The translations under genes were made by a program, and so were the position numbers. A stretch of 64,000 nucleotides of DNA from Pseudomonadota bacterium (GTDB lineage: Bacteria > Pseudomonadota > Gammaproteobacteria > Thiotrichales > Thiotrichaceae), in contig PDPG01000041.1 in the NCBI GenBank assembly GCA_002747455.1, forward strand, positions 14,980 to 78,979. Direction: 5' to 3'. Positions 16,811 to 27,881 of this stretch are shown piece by piece; within the stretch, counting starts at the first letter, position 1, and every line of letters begins with the position of its first letter. Below the pieces are notes generated by a model. That model had not been told where the DNA came from. It did not search any database and was given only the letters and a program-made list of their open reading frames with translations.

Positions 16811-19135
16811 TTAATCCGCAATGGGCTGCCGTGACCAAAAACGCTGATTCACCCTGCGATACCGCACAGGCTTAACTGCGTGATTGTTGTGTGGGAATTT
16901 AAACTGAACGGCCCCGTCTTTAGCAGTTGTCAACACATCTACCTTATGCTTTTGATAGCGCGCGACCGCCCGGCGATCAGGATGCCGGAAACGACTGCGA
17001 TAACCTGCTGAAGCCACCGCCCAACGCGGACGAACCGCCCGAATAAATGCCTGGGTTGATGAACCATTGCTGCCATGATGTGGCATCAACATGACGTCTA
17101 CGGCCAATTTCTCTCGCTGAGTTTTCAGCAGCAGTCGCTCCGCCTGCTTTTGAATATCCCCCGTAAGCAACATGCTATGGTATTGGTTACTCACTCTCAA
17201 CACGCAGGAACGATTATTATCATTACCTCGCGTGATTTCAGTTGGGTGTAAAAACTCAAAACTCACCGCTCCCCAGCGCCATGCCACACCTTGCCGACAG
17301 ACATTAGCAACCCGCTCCGCCAAGACATTGGGTTGATTACCATACACTCTCCCAACTGGCATTTCGCTGAGTAAAGCGCCAGCGCCGCCACTGTGGTCAC
17401 GATCATCATGCGACACAACCAGGACATCAATATCCGATATGGCCTGATGCCTTAAATAAGGCAACACCACCATTTTACCCAGGTCATAGTTTTCATTAGG
17501 CCGATCACCCGTGTCATACACCAAGGTTTTATGCTGTGTCTGAATCACCACGGACAACCCCTGCCCGACATCCAACACCGTTAGCCAAAACGCCCCAGCA
17601 TCATGTGGCGCTGGAGGCTTATAGAATACCATTGGAATAATCACCGCCACAGCGCTGTAACGCCACGTCATCCCGGATGGCAGCAATAATAACCCCGCAG
17701 AAAATACAGCCAATATACTGAGCGTTAGCGGTAAATACGATAATCCAAGACTCGCCATTGGCAAGGCTGCCAGCCAATTCAGGACAACGAATAATCCATC
17801 TAAGTGCAAGCTAACAAAACTCACCACATGGCTTGCCAACCCCTCACTAATGTAACTTAATAAAACCGCCAAAAAGCTAAACGGCACTACAATCAGCGAC
17901 ACCCAGGGAATCGCCAGCAGGTTTGCCACCGGGGATACCAGCGAACCTTCCCCAAAAAATACCAAGCCAATAGGCAACATTAGCAATGATAGATAAACCT
18001 GCAAACGCAGCAATTGCAGCGACTCCCTCCCCACGGTACGTGACAAAATCCATAGGATAATAGCCACTGCCGCAAAGGACAGATAAAAACCAACACTGAG
18101 CACCGCCAAAGGATCAATCAGCAGCACCGCAACCATTGCCAAGGCCAGCACTCGGCTGACGGTAAACTGTTTTTTACTGGCCAACAGAACCAAAGCAATT
18201 ATGACCATTAATAAGGCGCGTTGGGTCGGAATACTGAAACCGGCCAACATTGTATAAATACTGGCTAGAGCCACTCCGACAAATGCACCCGCGTGTCGCA
18301 CCGGAAGATATAAACCTAGCGATGGGAAGCACCACCAGATGGCATAAGCCATCACCAAACCAAAGCTTGCAACCAAGCCGATGTGCAGACCAGAAATTGC
18401 CATCAGGTGGCTGGTGCCAGTATCACGCAAGATCTTCCATTGTGCCGCCGACATGGCTTGTTTATCCGCAATCATTAATGCTCTGAGAATACTGGCATGT
18501 TCTTCATGTCTGGATAAACGATTGAGTTTTGCCCGAATAGACTCCCGCCAACGATTAACGGAATACCAGGCAGCTGGAGCAAGTCGCCGTTGTTGTGTTG
18601 ATTTTCTGAGATAACCCTTGGCTTCAAGACCTTCTGCAAATAGCCATTTCTCGTAGTCAAAGCCACCCGGATTCATAAATCCAGTGCCACGCTTCAAGCG
18701 AACCTGAAACTGCCATTGCTCCCCTGCCTTGACAGCCGGTAGATCACGGTATGCGTTCAGTTGAATCAGCCCGTGCCAGGGAATGACGCGATTTCCCTCA
18801 AGCAGACGTGCTTCTGCTACCTTAAACTGAAATGCCAAGCGGCCAGCATGACGATCAACCAAACTTGCCACCGTGCCTTTAAGTAGCAGGTCTTTGCCCT
18901 CATAGGCTGCTGGAAATGACTGCCTTTGTCGAACATCAGCGACCATTAAGACCAGACTGAACCCCGCAGCTGCCGCTAACACAAGGCAAGTGATTCGTTT
19001 ATCGAAAGGACGGAAATAGACCAAGAAAAAAACACTCACAAGCAGTATACTGGCGCTCAGTGAGAAATGAGGCAACTCCGAGACGTATAATGCCGACATA
19101 CTGCCCAGCAATAGCCCGATTGCTATCTTACGCAT
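16811..19135 (-). CDS. comEC: DNA uptake channel ComEC/Rec2
   Basis: NPGGFDYEKWL, GTSHLMAISGLHIG, LDVGQGLS, SHDDRDHSGG, HHGS metallo-beta-lactamase motifs; likely ATG 19135. Confidence 0.95.
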   Translation of the reverse strand: MRKIAIGLLLGSMSALYVSELPHFSLSASILLVSVFFLVYFRPFDKRITCLVLAAAAGFSLVLMVADVRQRQSFPAAYEGKDLLLKGTVASLVDRHAGRLAFQFKVAEARLLEGNRVIPWHGLIQLNAYRDLPAVKAGEQWQFQVRLKRGTGFMNPGGFDYEKWLFAEGLEAKGYLRKSTQQRRLAPAAWYSVNRWRESIRAKLNRLSRHEEHASILRALMIADKQAMSAAQWKILRDTGTSHLMAISGLHIGLVASFGLVMAYAIWWCFPSLGLYLPVRHAGAFVGVALASIYTMLAGFSIPTQRALLMVIIALVLLASKKQFTVSRVLALAMVAVLLIDPLAVLSVGFYLSFAAVAIILWILSRTVGRESLQLLRLQVYLSLLMLPIGLVFFGEGSLVSPVANLLAIPWVSLIVVPFSFLAVLLSYISEGLASHVVSFVSLHLDGLFVVLNWLAALPMASLGLSYLPLTLSILAVFSAGLLLLPSGMTWRYSAVAVIIPMVFYKPPAPHDAGAFWLTVLDVGQGLSVVIQTQHKTLVYDTGDRPNENYDLGKMVVLPYLRHQAISDIDVLVVSHDDRDHSGGAGALLSEMPVGRVYGNQPNVLAERVANVCRQGVAWRWGAVSFEFLHPTEITRGNDNNRSCVLRVSNQYHSMLLTGDIQKQAERLLLKTQREKLAVDVMLMPHHGSNGSSTQAFIRAVRPRWAVASAGYRSRFRHPDRRAVARYQKHKVDVLTTAKDGAVQFKFPHNNHAVKPVRYRRVNQRFWSRQPIAD

Positions 19136-19291
19136 AAAACAACTTAACCATTCGCTTGTGTGAACTCCCGACAGAGGGAAGGCCCATTTTGCTGGAACCT
19201 TAGCGCAGTGAAGTTGCACTATAGCTTAACCTGCAAGTTCACGTCGTGAGATCGCATTGTTTATTAACCGCCAATCAGGGACATTGATGGT

Positions 19292-19852
19292 ATGCCAAAA
19301 AAGTTTTTTAAGCGATATTCTCCTGATCCGAAGCGAATTAAAGAAACCCCCGGCTTAGGCTTTTTAGGTGAGCGTCTGCATCAACCCAATCTATGGCACT
19401 TTAATCGACACTCGGTCAGCAAGGCTTTTGCCATCGGCTTATTTTGCTGCTGGATTCCACTCCCGTTCCAAACGGTGATTGCCGCCTGTCTTGCCCTTTA
19501 TTTCAGAGCCAATCTGGCACTATCCGTTGCTTTGGTCTTTCTCACTAACCCAGTAACCATTCCACCCGTGTTCTATTTTGCCTACCGGCTTGGTAACTGG
19601 ATTTTAGGTGGGGAAGGCATAGATTTCAGTATAGAGCTAAGCTGGGATTGGCTGGTCAATAGCATGGGGCTTGTCTGGCAGCCGTTGTTTTTGGGCTGTT
19701 TATTATCAGGGATATTCACGTCAATGCTGGGCTATTTAACGGTTCAACTTATCTGGCGGCAACACATTCGCAAGCACCAGAAACTGCGTCTGGCGCGTCC
19801 GGCCAATCAGAAACCCAAGTCAGGTGATATTGCTGTGGACAAAGCGAAATAG
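19292..19852 (+). CDS. DUF2062 family membrane protein
   Basis: LWHFNRHSVSKAFAIGLF..P.PFQ..TNPVTIPP pattern; usual neighbour of comEC/lolD. Confidence 0.85.
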   Translation: MPKKFFKRYSPDPKRIKETPGLGFLGERLHQPNLWHFNRHSVSKAFAIGLFCCWIPLPFQTVIAACLALYFRANLALSVALVFLTNPVTIPPVFYFAYRLGNWILGGEGIDFSIELSWDWLVNSMGLVWQPLFLGCLLSGIFTSMLGYLTVQLIWRQHIRKHQKLRLARPANQKPKSGDIAVDKAK

Positions 19853-19858
19853 TAAGAC

Positions 19859-20590
19859 CTAGACAGAAGCCTCCTCGGTAACAGCCTGTGTGTGGGTGGT
19901 TTCTGTCAAGTGGCCATCCACCAAACTGAACTGACGATCCATTTTCTCTGCTAACTGTAAATCGTGCGTTACGATAATAAACGTTGTTTGCAAATCGTCA
20001 TTTAGTTCCTGCATCAAGCTAAACACTTGCAACGCTGTTTTCTGATCCAGATTACCCGTTGGCTCATCGGCTAACACCGCAGCAGGTTTTGTCACCAAGG
20101 CACGCGCAATCGCTGCCCGTTGGCGCTCACCACCGGATAATTGACCCGGCTTATGGTCCAGACGTGATTCCAGGCCAACTTTAGCCAGCATCTCAGTGGC
20201 TTGCCTGGTCGCCTCGCTCACGGCTAAACCGCGAATCAATAACGGCATGGCAACATTTTCAAGTGCAGTAAACTCTGCCAACAAGTGATGGAACTGATAG
20301 ATAAAGCCTAACGACTGATTTCTCAGCTTGCCACGATCCGCATCCGAGAGCTGAGCCATGTTGTTGTCCAGTACTGTAACACTGCCAGTACTTGGCAAAT
20401 CCAAACCACCCAACAGATGTAATAAGGTACTTTTACCGCTGCCAGAGCTACCAACAATGGCCACCTTTTCACCGGCTTTAATGTCCAGATTAATGCCCTT
20501 CAATACCTCAACATCCAACTTGCCTTCCGTAAAACGCTTGTGCAACGCCTGACAAGAAATAACGGTTTTATTTTCACTCATATTATTCAT
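19859..20590 (-). CDS. lolD: Lipoprotein-releasing ABC ATPase LolD
   Basis: [39 protein letters not shown]. Confidence 0.95.
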   Translation of the reverse strand: MNNMSENKTVISCQALHKRFTEGKLDVEVLKGINLDIKAGEKVAIVGSSGSGKSTLLHLLGGLDLPSTGSVTVLDNNMAQLSDADRGKLRNQSLGFIYQFHHLLAEFTALENVAMPLLIRGLAVSEATRQATEMLAKVGLESRLDHKPGQLSGGERQRAAIARALVTKPAAVLADEPTGNLDQKTALQVFSLMQELNDDLQTTFIIVTHDLQLAEKMDRQFSLVDGHLTETTHTQAVTEEASV

Positions 20591-21836
20591 ACCTTAATGC
20601 TTCGGCCGGTTGTACTCTGGAGGCTTTCCAGGAAGGATAAAGCGTTGCCAACATAGACAACATTAATGCAGATACCGCAATCACGACCACATCTAACCAA
20701 CGCACACGAGACTCCAATGTGCTAATGCCGTAAACGTCTTCGGAGATAAAGTTGACACCAAACATACGCTCTAAAAATGGCACAATGACATCAACATTCA
20801 TCGCCAATAACACGCCCAGCATTACCCCCAGAACAGTGCCGATTACACCGATCAATGTCCCCTGCACCATAAAGACTTTCATTACATCACGAGGTGTCAT
20901 TCCCAATGTGCGGAAAATCGCAATATCCGCGCCTTTATCTGTGACCACCATGACCAAGGTGGAAACTAGATTAAACGCCGCCACCGCGATGATCAGACCC
21001 AACAGGAAAAACATCATGGTTTTCTGTAACTGAATCGCCTTAAAAAAATTCTCATTTTGCCGCGTCCAATCACTTACCCAATAATCTTCGCCGGAATTCG
21101 CGGCAACCACTTCACTCACCGCTCGGGACTGGTATAAATCATCCAAACGTAAACGCAAGCCTGTGACCTGATCACCCATTTCAAACAAAGAAGCAGCATC
21201 TGCCATATGCACGAACACAGTGCCTTGATCATATTGCTGCAAGTCAACGCGGAAAATGCCACTCACGGTAAATTGCCGAAGGATTGGAATTTCGCCCAAA
21301 TCAGCGCCATTGGCATTGGGTATCAGCAAAGTAACACTGTCCCCCACATCCACCTTTAGGGATTCCGCCAGCTTTGCCCCCAGGATGATGTTGTTTTCAC
21401 CAGCGACCAACTGCTCAAAACTGCCCTTGCCTTCCAGCATGTGACGACTGACATCTCCGGTTTGTTTTGCAAACTCTGGCAATACACCCTCTAAAATTGC
21501 GCCTTGTACGCGCCCACCTTCATTCAGCATGACTTGTTTTTCAACAAAGGGGGAGGCAGCCACAACATGATCCAGTTTTAACAATTGCTCACGACGTTGT
21601 TGCCAGTTAGCAATCATCGCATCGGTTTCTGACACAGTGACATGCGACACCATGCCAAGAATCCGGTCGCGCATGGCTTGTTCAAAACCATTCATCACCG
21701 ACAGCACTGTAATCAGCACCATCACACCAAGCGCAATACCAATCATGGACGCAAAGGAAATAAATGACACAAAGCTTTTTTCTCGGCGCGCGCGGGTATA
21801 GCGTAAACCAATGGCCACTTCTAAGGGTTGAAACAT
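20583..21836 (-). CDS. Lipoprotein-releasing ABC permease, LolC/LolE family
   Basis: [50 protein letters not shown]. Confidence 0.92.
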   Translation of the reverse strand: MFQPLEVAIGLRYTRARREKSFVSFISFASMIGIALGVMVLITVLSVMNGFEQAMRDRILGMVSHVTVSETDAMIANWQQRREQLLKLDHVVAASPFVEKQVMLNEGGRVQGAILEGVLPEFAKQTGDVSRHMLEGKGSFEQLVAGENNIILGAKLAESLKVDVGDSVTLLIPNANGADLGEIPILRQFTVSGIFRVDLQQYDQGTVFVHMADAASLFEMGDQVTGLRLRLDDLYQSRAVSEVVAANSGEDYWVSDWTRQNENFFKAIQLQKTMMFFLLGLIIAVAAFNLVSTLVMVVTDKGADIAIFRTLGMTPRDVMKVFMVQGTLIGVIGTVLGVMLGVLLAMNVDVIVPFLERMFGVNFISEDVYGISTLESRVRWLDVVVIAVSALMLSMLATLYPSWKASRVQPAEALRYE

Positions 21837-23083
21837 TATTCGTACCTCAGTGATTCAGCAGGCTGTACTGCGGCTGCCCGATTCGCCGGATAAATCGTCG
21901 CTAATACCGCCAACACCAGTGCCGAAACGGTAATCACCCAAACATCTGACATATGCAACTCGGATGGCACGTTTGAAATATAGAAAATATCGGCAGGAAA
22001 AATTTTAAAGCCAAAGAAATTTTCCAGTGCAGGGATAATCGTCTCCAAATTACCGGCTAACAAAACACCACCGACAGCCCCTAGCAACGCACCAAAAATG
22101 CCAATAATGCTACCCTGAATAATAAAAATTTTCTTAATGGCCGTGGGTGAAATCCCCAGGGTTCGTAAAATGGCAATATCGGCCTGTTTGTCATTAACCA
22201 CCATGACCAGAGATGACACCAGATTAAACGCGGCTACCACAACAATCAGCAGTAGAATAAAAAACATCATGGTTTTTTCCATACGAATGGCGCTAAAGAA
22301 GGTTTTATTATCACGCCCCCAGTCACTCACACTTACGCCATCGCCTAATTGCTTTTGCAGACTTGCAGCGACATCCTGCGCGGCGAACAGGTCATCCAAA
22401 CGCACCCGCAAGCCACTAATTTGTCCCTTCATTTTAAAGAGTCGCGCCGCATCATTCATATTAATGAACGCGGTACTACCGTCATAGTCACGCATATTCA
22501 TTTTATAAATGGCCGTGACGGTAAAGCGCTTCGTACGAGGAATGACGCCTGCGGGGGTGACTCGCGCCAATGGTGTGATGACGGTGACTTTATCGCCAAT
22601 AAAAGCACCAATCGCATTGGCCAGCTCACGACCAATGGCAATGCCATACTCGCGGTCTTTCAGGGTATGCAGACTACCATCCAGCATGTGCGCTTCCAGT
22701 TCACTGACAGCCCCCTGTCTTTGCGGCTGAATGCCTTGCATCAGAACACCACGCATCTCGCCATTGGCACTAATCATCACTTGCTGCTGAATATATGGTG
22801 CCACACCGTCAACTTGCCGAGTTCCCGCCACCTGCTGATCCAGGGACTCCCAACTGCTTAATTTACCATCTGTCCCTGAAACCGTGACATGGGCAACCAT
22901 GCCCAGTATTCTTTCTCGTAGTTCTTTTTCAAACCCATTCATAACAGAAAGAACAGTGATCAGTGCTAACACCCCAATCATGATGCCTAACATTGAGGCC
23001 AACGAGATAAAAGAGATGTAGTGATTTTTGTGTTTGGATCGCGTATATCGCAAACCAATAAATAATTCTAGTGGTTTAAACAT
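21836..23083 (-). CDS. Lipoprotein-releasing ABC permease, LolC/LolE family
   Basis: [54 protein letters not shown]. Confidence 0.92.
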   Translation of the reverse strand: MFKPLELFIGLRYTRSKHKNHYISFISLASMLGIMIGVLALITVLSVMNGFEKELRERILGMVAHVTVSGTDGKLSSWESLDQQVAGTRQVDGVAPYIQQQVMISANGEMRGVLMQGIQPQRQGAVSELEAHMLDGSLHTLKDREYGIAIGRELANAIGAFIGDKVTVITPLARVTPAGVIPRTKRFTVTAIYKMNMRDYDGSTAFINMNDAARLFKMKGQISGLRVRLDDLFAAQDVAASLQKQLGDGVSVSDWGRDNKTFFSAIRMEKTMMFFILLLIVVVAAFNLVSSLVMVVNDKQADIAILRTLGISPTAIKKIFIIQGSIIGIFGALLGAVGGVLLAGNLETIIPALENFFGFKIFPADIFYISNVPSELHMSDVWVITVSALVLAVLATIYPANRAAAVQPAESLRYE

Positions 23084-23150
23084 AGCGCATCTTTATTGAT
23101 TATGACTGGCATTAATACCAACTAAAATAATGAGTAAACTGGTGAATACC

Positions 23151-23456
23151 ATGAAACTTAATCCTTTATTGCTGACTGCATCATTAACCATTTTGTCGTT
23201 ATTATCAGCATCTCACGTTGCACAAGCTGAAATTCTTAAGATTGGCAAACACGCCAAAGTCATCACCAAAGCCGATGCACCCCGCCGAGGCTTATCCATG
23301 AAAGCGGTTCAGGCCAAGTTTGGCAAGGCCAAAAAAATCAGCGTGTCCAAAGGAAGAGTCACCAAACGAAACCCACGGATTACCCGCTGGAACTACGGCA
23401 GTTTTTCAGTATTCTTTGAAAATGATCACGTTGTACACACGGTGGTTCATCGTTAA
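23151..23456 (+). CDS. Small exported conserved hypothetical protein (SmpA/OmlA-like C-terminus)
   Basis: Signal peptide, then PRRGLSMKAVQAKFG...ITRWNYGSFSVFFENDHVVH; start 23151 or 23130. Confidence 0.6.
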   Translation: MKLNPLLLTASLTILSLLSASHVAQAEILKIGKHAKVITKADAPRRGLSMKAVQAKFGKAKKISVSKGRVTKRNPRITRWNYGSFSVFFENDHVVHTVVHR

Positions 23457-23834
23457 GCAATTGGCTTTATCGTTAGTCGGGTGGCAGTTTACTACAGGAC
23501 TGGAGTAAGTCAGCTATCATTTTTGTAATACTGCCCATCATACCCGTTTCCAGCTAGCTCAGTACGTCACTGCATCACTGGTCAGCTACGGTGAACGTTC
23601 AGGTGAAATACCCCATTCAAAAAAATAAACACAGTTGCGAGCAATTATATTGTCGATCAGCCAGCAAATTTGTTTATTATTAGCGAACGAAGGTGCACAA
23701 CCAAATGTACATGGACTGTTCTTCTTTTCGGCCCACCGAAAGCGGCACTCTTTATACGAGCAGATCACGTAGTTTCGCGTGATTGTGTTGTGTGCAAATA
23801 TCATCTGAATGACACACATTTGAAGGAGTCACAC

Positions 23835-24944
23835 ATGAAATGTAGAGCGGCTATTGCTTGGGGTCCTAAGCAGAAGTTGGAAATTGAAGACGTTGAAGTT
23901 GCAGGCCCAAAGGAAGGCGAGGTTCTGCTAAAAGTACATGCCAGCGGTGTGTGCCACACGGATGCGTTTACCCTGTCAGGTGAAGACCCCGAAGGTGTGT
24001 TCCCTGCCATTTTGGGCCACGAAGGTGGCTGTGAGGTTGTGGAAATTGGCCCCGGTGTTAAAAACTTAAGCGTGGGTGATCACGTCATCCCATTATACAT
24101 TGCCGAGTGTGGCGACTGTGAGTACTGTAACGGTACCAAGTCGAATCTATGCCAGACGATTGCACCTACCATCTGGACGGGTTTTATGCCAGATGGTACA
24201 CGACGCTTTAAGTCGCGTGGACAAGACATTTATCACTATATGGGTTGCTCGACTTTCTCTGAGTACACAGTGGTTCCTGAAATTGCCTTGGCAAAAATCA
24301 ATAAAGCTGCGCCATTGGATAAAGTCTGCCTACTGGGCTGTGGTGTCACCACGGGGATTGGTGCAGTACTGAATACCGCAAAAGTGGAGGCCGGCTCTAG
24401 CGTTGCGGTCTTTGGCTTGGGTGGCATTGGTTTGTCCTGTATTCAAGGCGCAGTCATGGCGGGGGCATCACGCATTCTGGCGGTCGATATTAATCCTGAT
24501 AAATGGACTATGGCGAAAAAACTGGGCGCAACAGACTTTGTGAATCCAAATGAAATTGGTGGCTCTGTGAGCGAGTACATTCAGGAACTCACCAACGGCG
24601 GCGTGGACTACTCTTTTGAATGTATCGGTAATGTTCATGTAATGCGTGATGCGCTGGAATGCACCCACATGGGCTGGGGTGTCTCCACGGTGATCGGTGT
24701 TGCTGGTGCAGGTCAAGAAATCAGCACTCGCCCCTTTAATCTGGTTGTTGGCCGCACCTGGAAGGGTACAGCCTTTGGTGGTGTAAAAGGCCGCACCGAG
24801 CTGCCAGGTTATGTTGAACGCTATATGTCTGGTGAGATTGAGCTGGATAGCATGGTCACCCATACCATGGGGCTGGAGGACATCAATAAGGCTTTCGACC
24901 TGATGCACGAAGGTAAAAGTATCCGTTCTGTTATCTTAATGTGA
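23835..24944 (+). CDS. frmA: S-(hydroxymethyl)glutathione dehydrogenase / class III ADH
   Basis: [27 protein letters not shown], Zn cluster CGDCEYC..C; SD AAGGAG before ATG 23835 (track start 23670 is too long). Confidence 0.95.
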   Translation: MKCRAAIAWGPKQKLEIEDVEVAGPKEGEVLLKVHASGVCHTDAFTLSGEDPEGVFPAILGHEGGCEVVEIGPGVKNLSVGDHVIPLYIAECGDCEYCNGTKSNLCQTIAPTIWTGFMPDGTRRFKSRGQDIYHYMGCSTFSEYTVVPEIALAKINKAAPLDKVCLLGCGVTTGIGAVLNTAKVEAGSSVAVFGLGGIGLSCIQGAVMAGASRILAVDINPDKWTMAKKLGATDFVNPNEIGGSVSEYIQELTNGGVDYSFECIGNVHVMRDALECTHMGWGVSTVIGVAGAGQEISTRPFNLVVGRTWKGTAFGGVKGRTELPGYVERYMSGEIELDSMVTHTMGLEDINKAFDLMHEGKSIRSVILM

Positions 24945-24954
24945 GGCTTCCCCC

Positions 24955-25800
24955 ATGCAACAGATTGAAAGTATCAAAGAGTTTGGCGGTTACCTGAATC
25001 GCTATACTCACCAATCTTCGGTGAATCAGTGCGAAATGACGTTTTCGGTGTATTTGCCGCCGCAGGCAGAAACTGGTGCCGTGCCAGCCTTGTATTTTTT
25101 ATCGGGTCTGACGTGCACTGATGATAATGCACGCACTAAAGCAGGTGCTCAGCGCTATGCCGCAGAGTATGGTATTGCCATCGTATTTCCAGACACCAGC
25201 CCACGGGGTGAGAATGTGGCAGATGAGCCAGATCGTTATGACTTGGGGCAAGGTGCGGGCTTTTATGTCAATGCCACGCAAGCGCCCTACTCGTCCAATT
25301 ATCAGATGTATGATTATGTGACGCAGGAACTTCCCAACTTGCTGGAAGCGGAACTGCCATTGATAAAGGGCGTTAAGTCTGTTACCGGACATTCTATGGG
25401 GGGGCATGGCGCATTAATTTGCGCGCTGAAAAACCCGGAAGCTTACCGCTCGGTATCAGCGTTTGCGCCGATTTGTAATCCGGTGAATTGTGGCTGGGGT
25501 CAGGGCTGCTTTGCTGCCTACTTGGGGAATAATCAAGACAGTTGGGCGCAATACGATGCTACAGAATTGGTTAAGAATGGTGCTCGTGTCAACAATATCT
25601 TGATTGATTCTGGTTTGGCAGATGAGTTTTACGATGAAGGCCAACTCCTTCCTGAAAACTTGCAAGCGGCGTGCGAAACAGCAAGACAGCCCCTAGAACT
25701 ACGCCTGCAAGCGGGCTACGATCATAGTTATCACTTTATTGCCACATATATCGGCGAGCACATCGCTTATCACGCGGCGGCCTTAAAAGCCTCAGCGTAG
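24955..25800 (+). CDS. fghA: S-formylglutathione hydrolase
   Basis: LSGLTCT, GHSMGGHGAL, GYDHSYHF; paired with frmA. Confidence 0.95.
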   Translation: MQQIESIKEFGGYLNRYTHQSSVNQCEMTFSVYLPPQAETGAVPALYFLSGLTCTDDNARTKAGAQRYAAEYGIAIVFPDTSPRGENVADEPDRYDLGQGAGFYVNATQAPYSSNYQMYDYVTQELPNLLEAELPLIKGVKSVTGHSMGGHGALICALKNPEAYRSVSAFAPICNPVNCGWGQGCFAAYLGNNQDSWAQYDATELVKNGARVNNILIDSGLADEFYDEGQLLPENLQAACETARQPLELRLQAGYDHSYHFIATYIGEHIAYHAAALKASA

Positions 25801-25825
25801 TATTTGAGTAGGCGCACCGGTGAAG

Positions 25826-25860
25826 AAAAAATGGCCACGCAAGTCTCTGCTCGCGTGGCC
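25826..25860. terminator. Hairpin after fghA
   Basis: GGCCACGC-12 nt-GCGTGGCC; the A-tract is on the left, so the U-tract is on the minus strand and its role for fghA is uncertain. Confidence 0.4.
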
Positions 25861-25993
25861 TGCTGTGCATAAAAAGCTGTATATCTAACTATATGGTTTT
25901 CAAAATAGTACCCCCCTTAAAATTTGTGCAATACTCCCGCTCCTATCCGGTAAATATGCCGGTATTCGCAAACTGAAGTTCAAGGATTTACTC

Positions 25994-27568
25994 ATGTCAC
26001 AAGCGACCTCGCGCCCTGTCCAACGTGCATTAATTAGCGTTTCTGATAAAAGCGGCATCGTGGAATTTGCCCGCCAGTTACAGCAACGCAATATTGAAAT
26101 TCTCTCTACTGGCGGCACCGCCAAACTACTGGCCAGCAATAATATCCCGGTCATTGAAGTGTCTGATTACACGGGTTTTCCTGAAATGATGGACGGCCGC
26201 GTAAAGACGTTGCACCCCAAAATTCACGGAGGCATTTTGGCGCGTCGCGGTACGGATGATGCGATCATGGAAGCGCATGACATTCCCGCTATTGACTTGA
26301 TTGTGGTCAACCTGTATCCATTTGAAGCCACTGTCGCCCAGTCGGATTGCACACTGGAGGATGCTATTGAAAACATTGATATTGGTGGCCCGACCATGGT
26401 TCGTGCCAGTGCCAAAAACCATGCACACGTCACCATTGTCGTTGACCCCAATGACTATGATGATGTGATTGGCCAACTCAATGATCATAACGGCATTATC
26501 GACACACAAAGCCGCTTCAAGCTGGCGGTAAAAGCCTTTGAGCACACGGCACGTTATGATGGCATGATCGCCAATTATCTGGGGAAAATTGTTGAAAATG
26601 GTCAACCGAAAGGCTTTGCCAGCACTTTCAACACACAACTGACATTGGCACAAACCATGCGTTATGGTGAAAATCCACACCAAAATGCAGCCTTCTATGT
26701 CGAACCCAATCACACGCAAGCCTGTATCGCGTCCGCCAAGCAACTCCAAGGTAAGGCGCTTTCTTACAATAACATTGCGGATACTGATGCCGCTTTGGAA
26801 TGCGTGAAGCAATTCACGAACTCCCCGGCCTGTGTCATTGTTAAGCATGCCAACCCTTGTGGCGTCGCCAAGGCAGACACATTGCAAGAGGCTTATGACA
26901 AGGCCTTCCAAACTGACCCTGAATCCGCATTTGGCGGCATTATTGCGTTTAACCAGCCTTTGGATACGACAACCGCGCAAGCCATTGTTGATCGTCAGTT
27001 CGTTGAGGTGATTATCGCACCCTCCGTTGAAGATGGTGTAAGTGAGATTGTCGCAACCAAGCCGAATGTGCGTTTATTAGCCTGCGGTGACTTTGATACT
27101 ACCCACTCGACCTTGGATTATAAGCGTGTCACAGGGGGCTTACTGGTGCAAGACAGCGATCAACGACTGTACCAGGAACTCGATATTGTAAGCGCCCGAA
27201 CACCTAGTGAGGCTGAGATGGATGACATGCTGTTCGCTTGGAAAGTTGCCAAGTTTGTAAAGTCTAATGCCATTGTCTATGCCAAAGACGGGCGCACCAT
27301 AGGCGTTGGTGCAGGACAAATGAGCCGGGTGAACTCCGCGCGTATTGCTGGCATTAAAGCCGAGCACGCAGGCTTAGCGGTTCCCGGATCAGTGATGGCC
27401 TCCGATGCCTTCTTTCCATTTAAAGACGGGATTCAAGCCGCAGCCGAAGCAGGCATTACAGCCGTCATTCAGCCGGGTGGCTCAATGCGAGATGCCGAGG
27501 TTATTGAAGCGGCAGATGCGGCAGGTATGGCAATGATCTTTACCGGAATGCGTCACTTTAGGCACTAG
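25994..27568 (+). CDS. purH: Bifunctional AICAR transformylase/IMP cyclohydrolase
   Basis: [49 protein letters not shown]. Confidence 0.98.
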   Translation: MSQATSRPVQRALISVSDKSGIVEFARQLQQRNIEILSTGGTAKLLASNNIPVIEVSDYTGFPEMMDGRVKTLHPKIHGGILARRGTDDAIMEAHDIPAIDLIVVNLYPFEATVAQSDCTLEDAIENIDIGGPTMVRASAKNHAHVTIVVDPNDYDDVIGQLNDHNGIIDTQSRFKLAVKAFEHTARYDGMIANYLGKIVENGQPKGFASTFNTQLTLAQTMRYGENPHQNAAFYVEPNHTQACIASAKQLQGKALSYNNIADTDAALECVKQFTNSPACVIVKHANPCGVAKADTLQEAYDKAFQTDPESAFGGIIAFNQPLDTTTAQAIVDRQFVEVIIAPSVEDGVSEIVATKPNVRLLACGDFDTTHSTLDYKRVTGGLLVQDSDQRLYQELDIVSARTPSEAEMDDMLFAWKVAKFVKSNAIVYAKDGRTIGVGAGQMSRVNSARIAGIKAEHAGLAVPGSVMASDAFFPFKDGIQAAAEAGITAVIQPGGSMRDAEVIEAADAAGMAMIFTGMRHFRH

Positions 27569-27581
27569 GGTGAGATATGAC

Positions 27582-27626
27582 AGCCAAAACACATGACCTG
27601 AGTTTTATGAGGAATGTGTTTTGGCT
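27582..27626. terminator. Hairpin between convergent purH and the prp operon end
   Basis: Perfect 13-bp inverted repeat AGCCAAAACACAT / ATGTGTTTTGGCT with a 19-nt loop. Confidence 0.55.
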
Positions 27627-27638
27627 AGTCTGTTTTAC

Positions 27639-27881
27639 CTATTCATAAATTGTTGCCGCTTGTAAGGCATCAGCGAAGATTTGCCAACTTGGATATTCGG
27701 GGCTGACTTCGATATGACAGTTCTCGTAGAAGCCGTCGGCATCTTCTAGCCACGCGCCAAGTGCCTCCAAAAACTCATACGCGGACACGTTCCCCCACTT
27801 ATCAGGAGCTTCCGCACTTAACTCCTTAATTAGAGCAATGAGCTCCTTCTTGCTTTCAATTCTCTTGTGGTCTATTCCCAC
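27639..27881 (-). CDS. Small acidic protein, DUF7660-like (W.N....FLEAL.AWLED.DG.Y.N...PSW..FAD.L.AA..YE)
   Basis: 80 aa, GTG start overlapping the prpF stop by 10 bp; the family pattern is recalled, not searched. Confidence 0.6.
   Translation of the reverse strand: MGIDHKRIESKKELIALIKELSAEAPDKWGNVSAYEFLEALGAWLEDADGFYENCHIEVSPEYPSWQIFADALQAATIYE

Noticed and set aside
23520-23640. Degraded LysR gene divergent from frmA
   Set aside because: Minus-strand fragments (EWGIS, TFTVA, LS*LETG) faintly echo a LysR HTH but need several frameshifts and stops; indistinguishable from chance without a search.
25800-25993. ZTP riboswitch upstream of purH (also checked upstream of folD)
   Set aside because: No recognisable conserved ZTP aptamer sequence; only a simple hairpin.
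26126-26980. 284-aa antisense ORF within purH, and similar shadow ORFs over rpsA, acnD, sucA, lpdA and acnB
   Set aside because: These are antisense or alternate-frame shadows of conserved genes, with no motifs or RBS.
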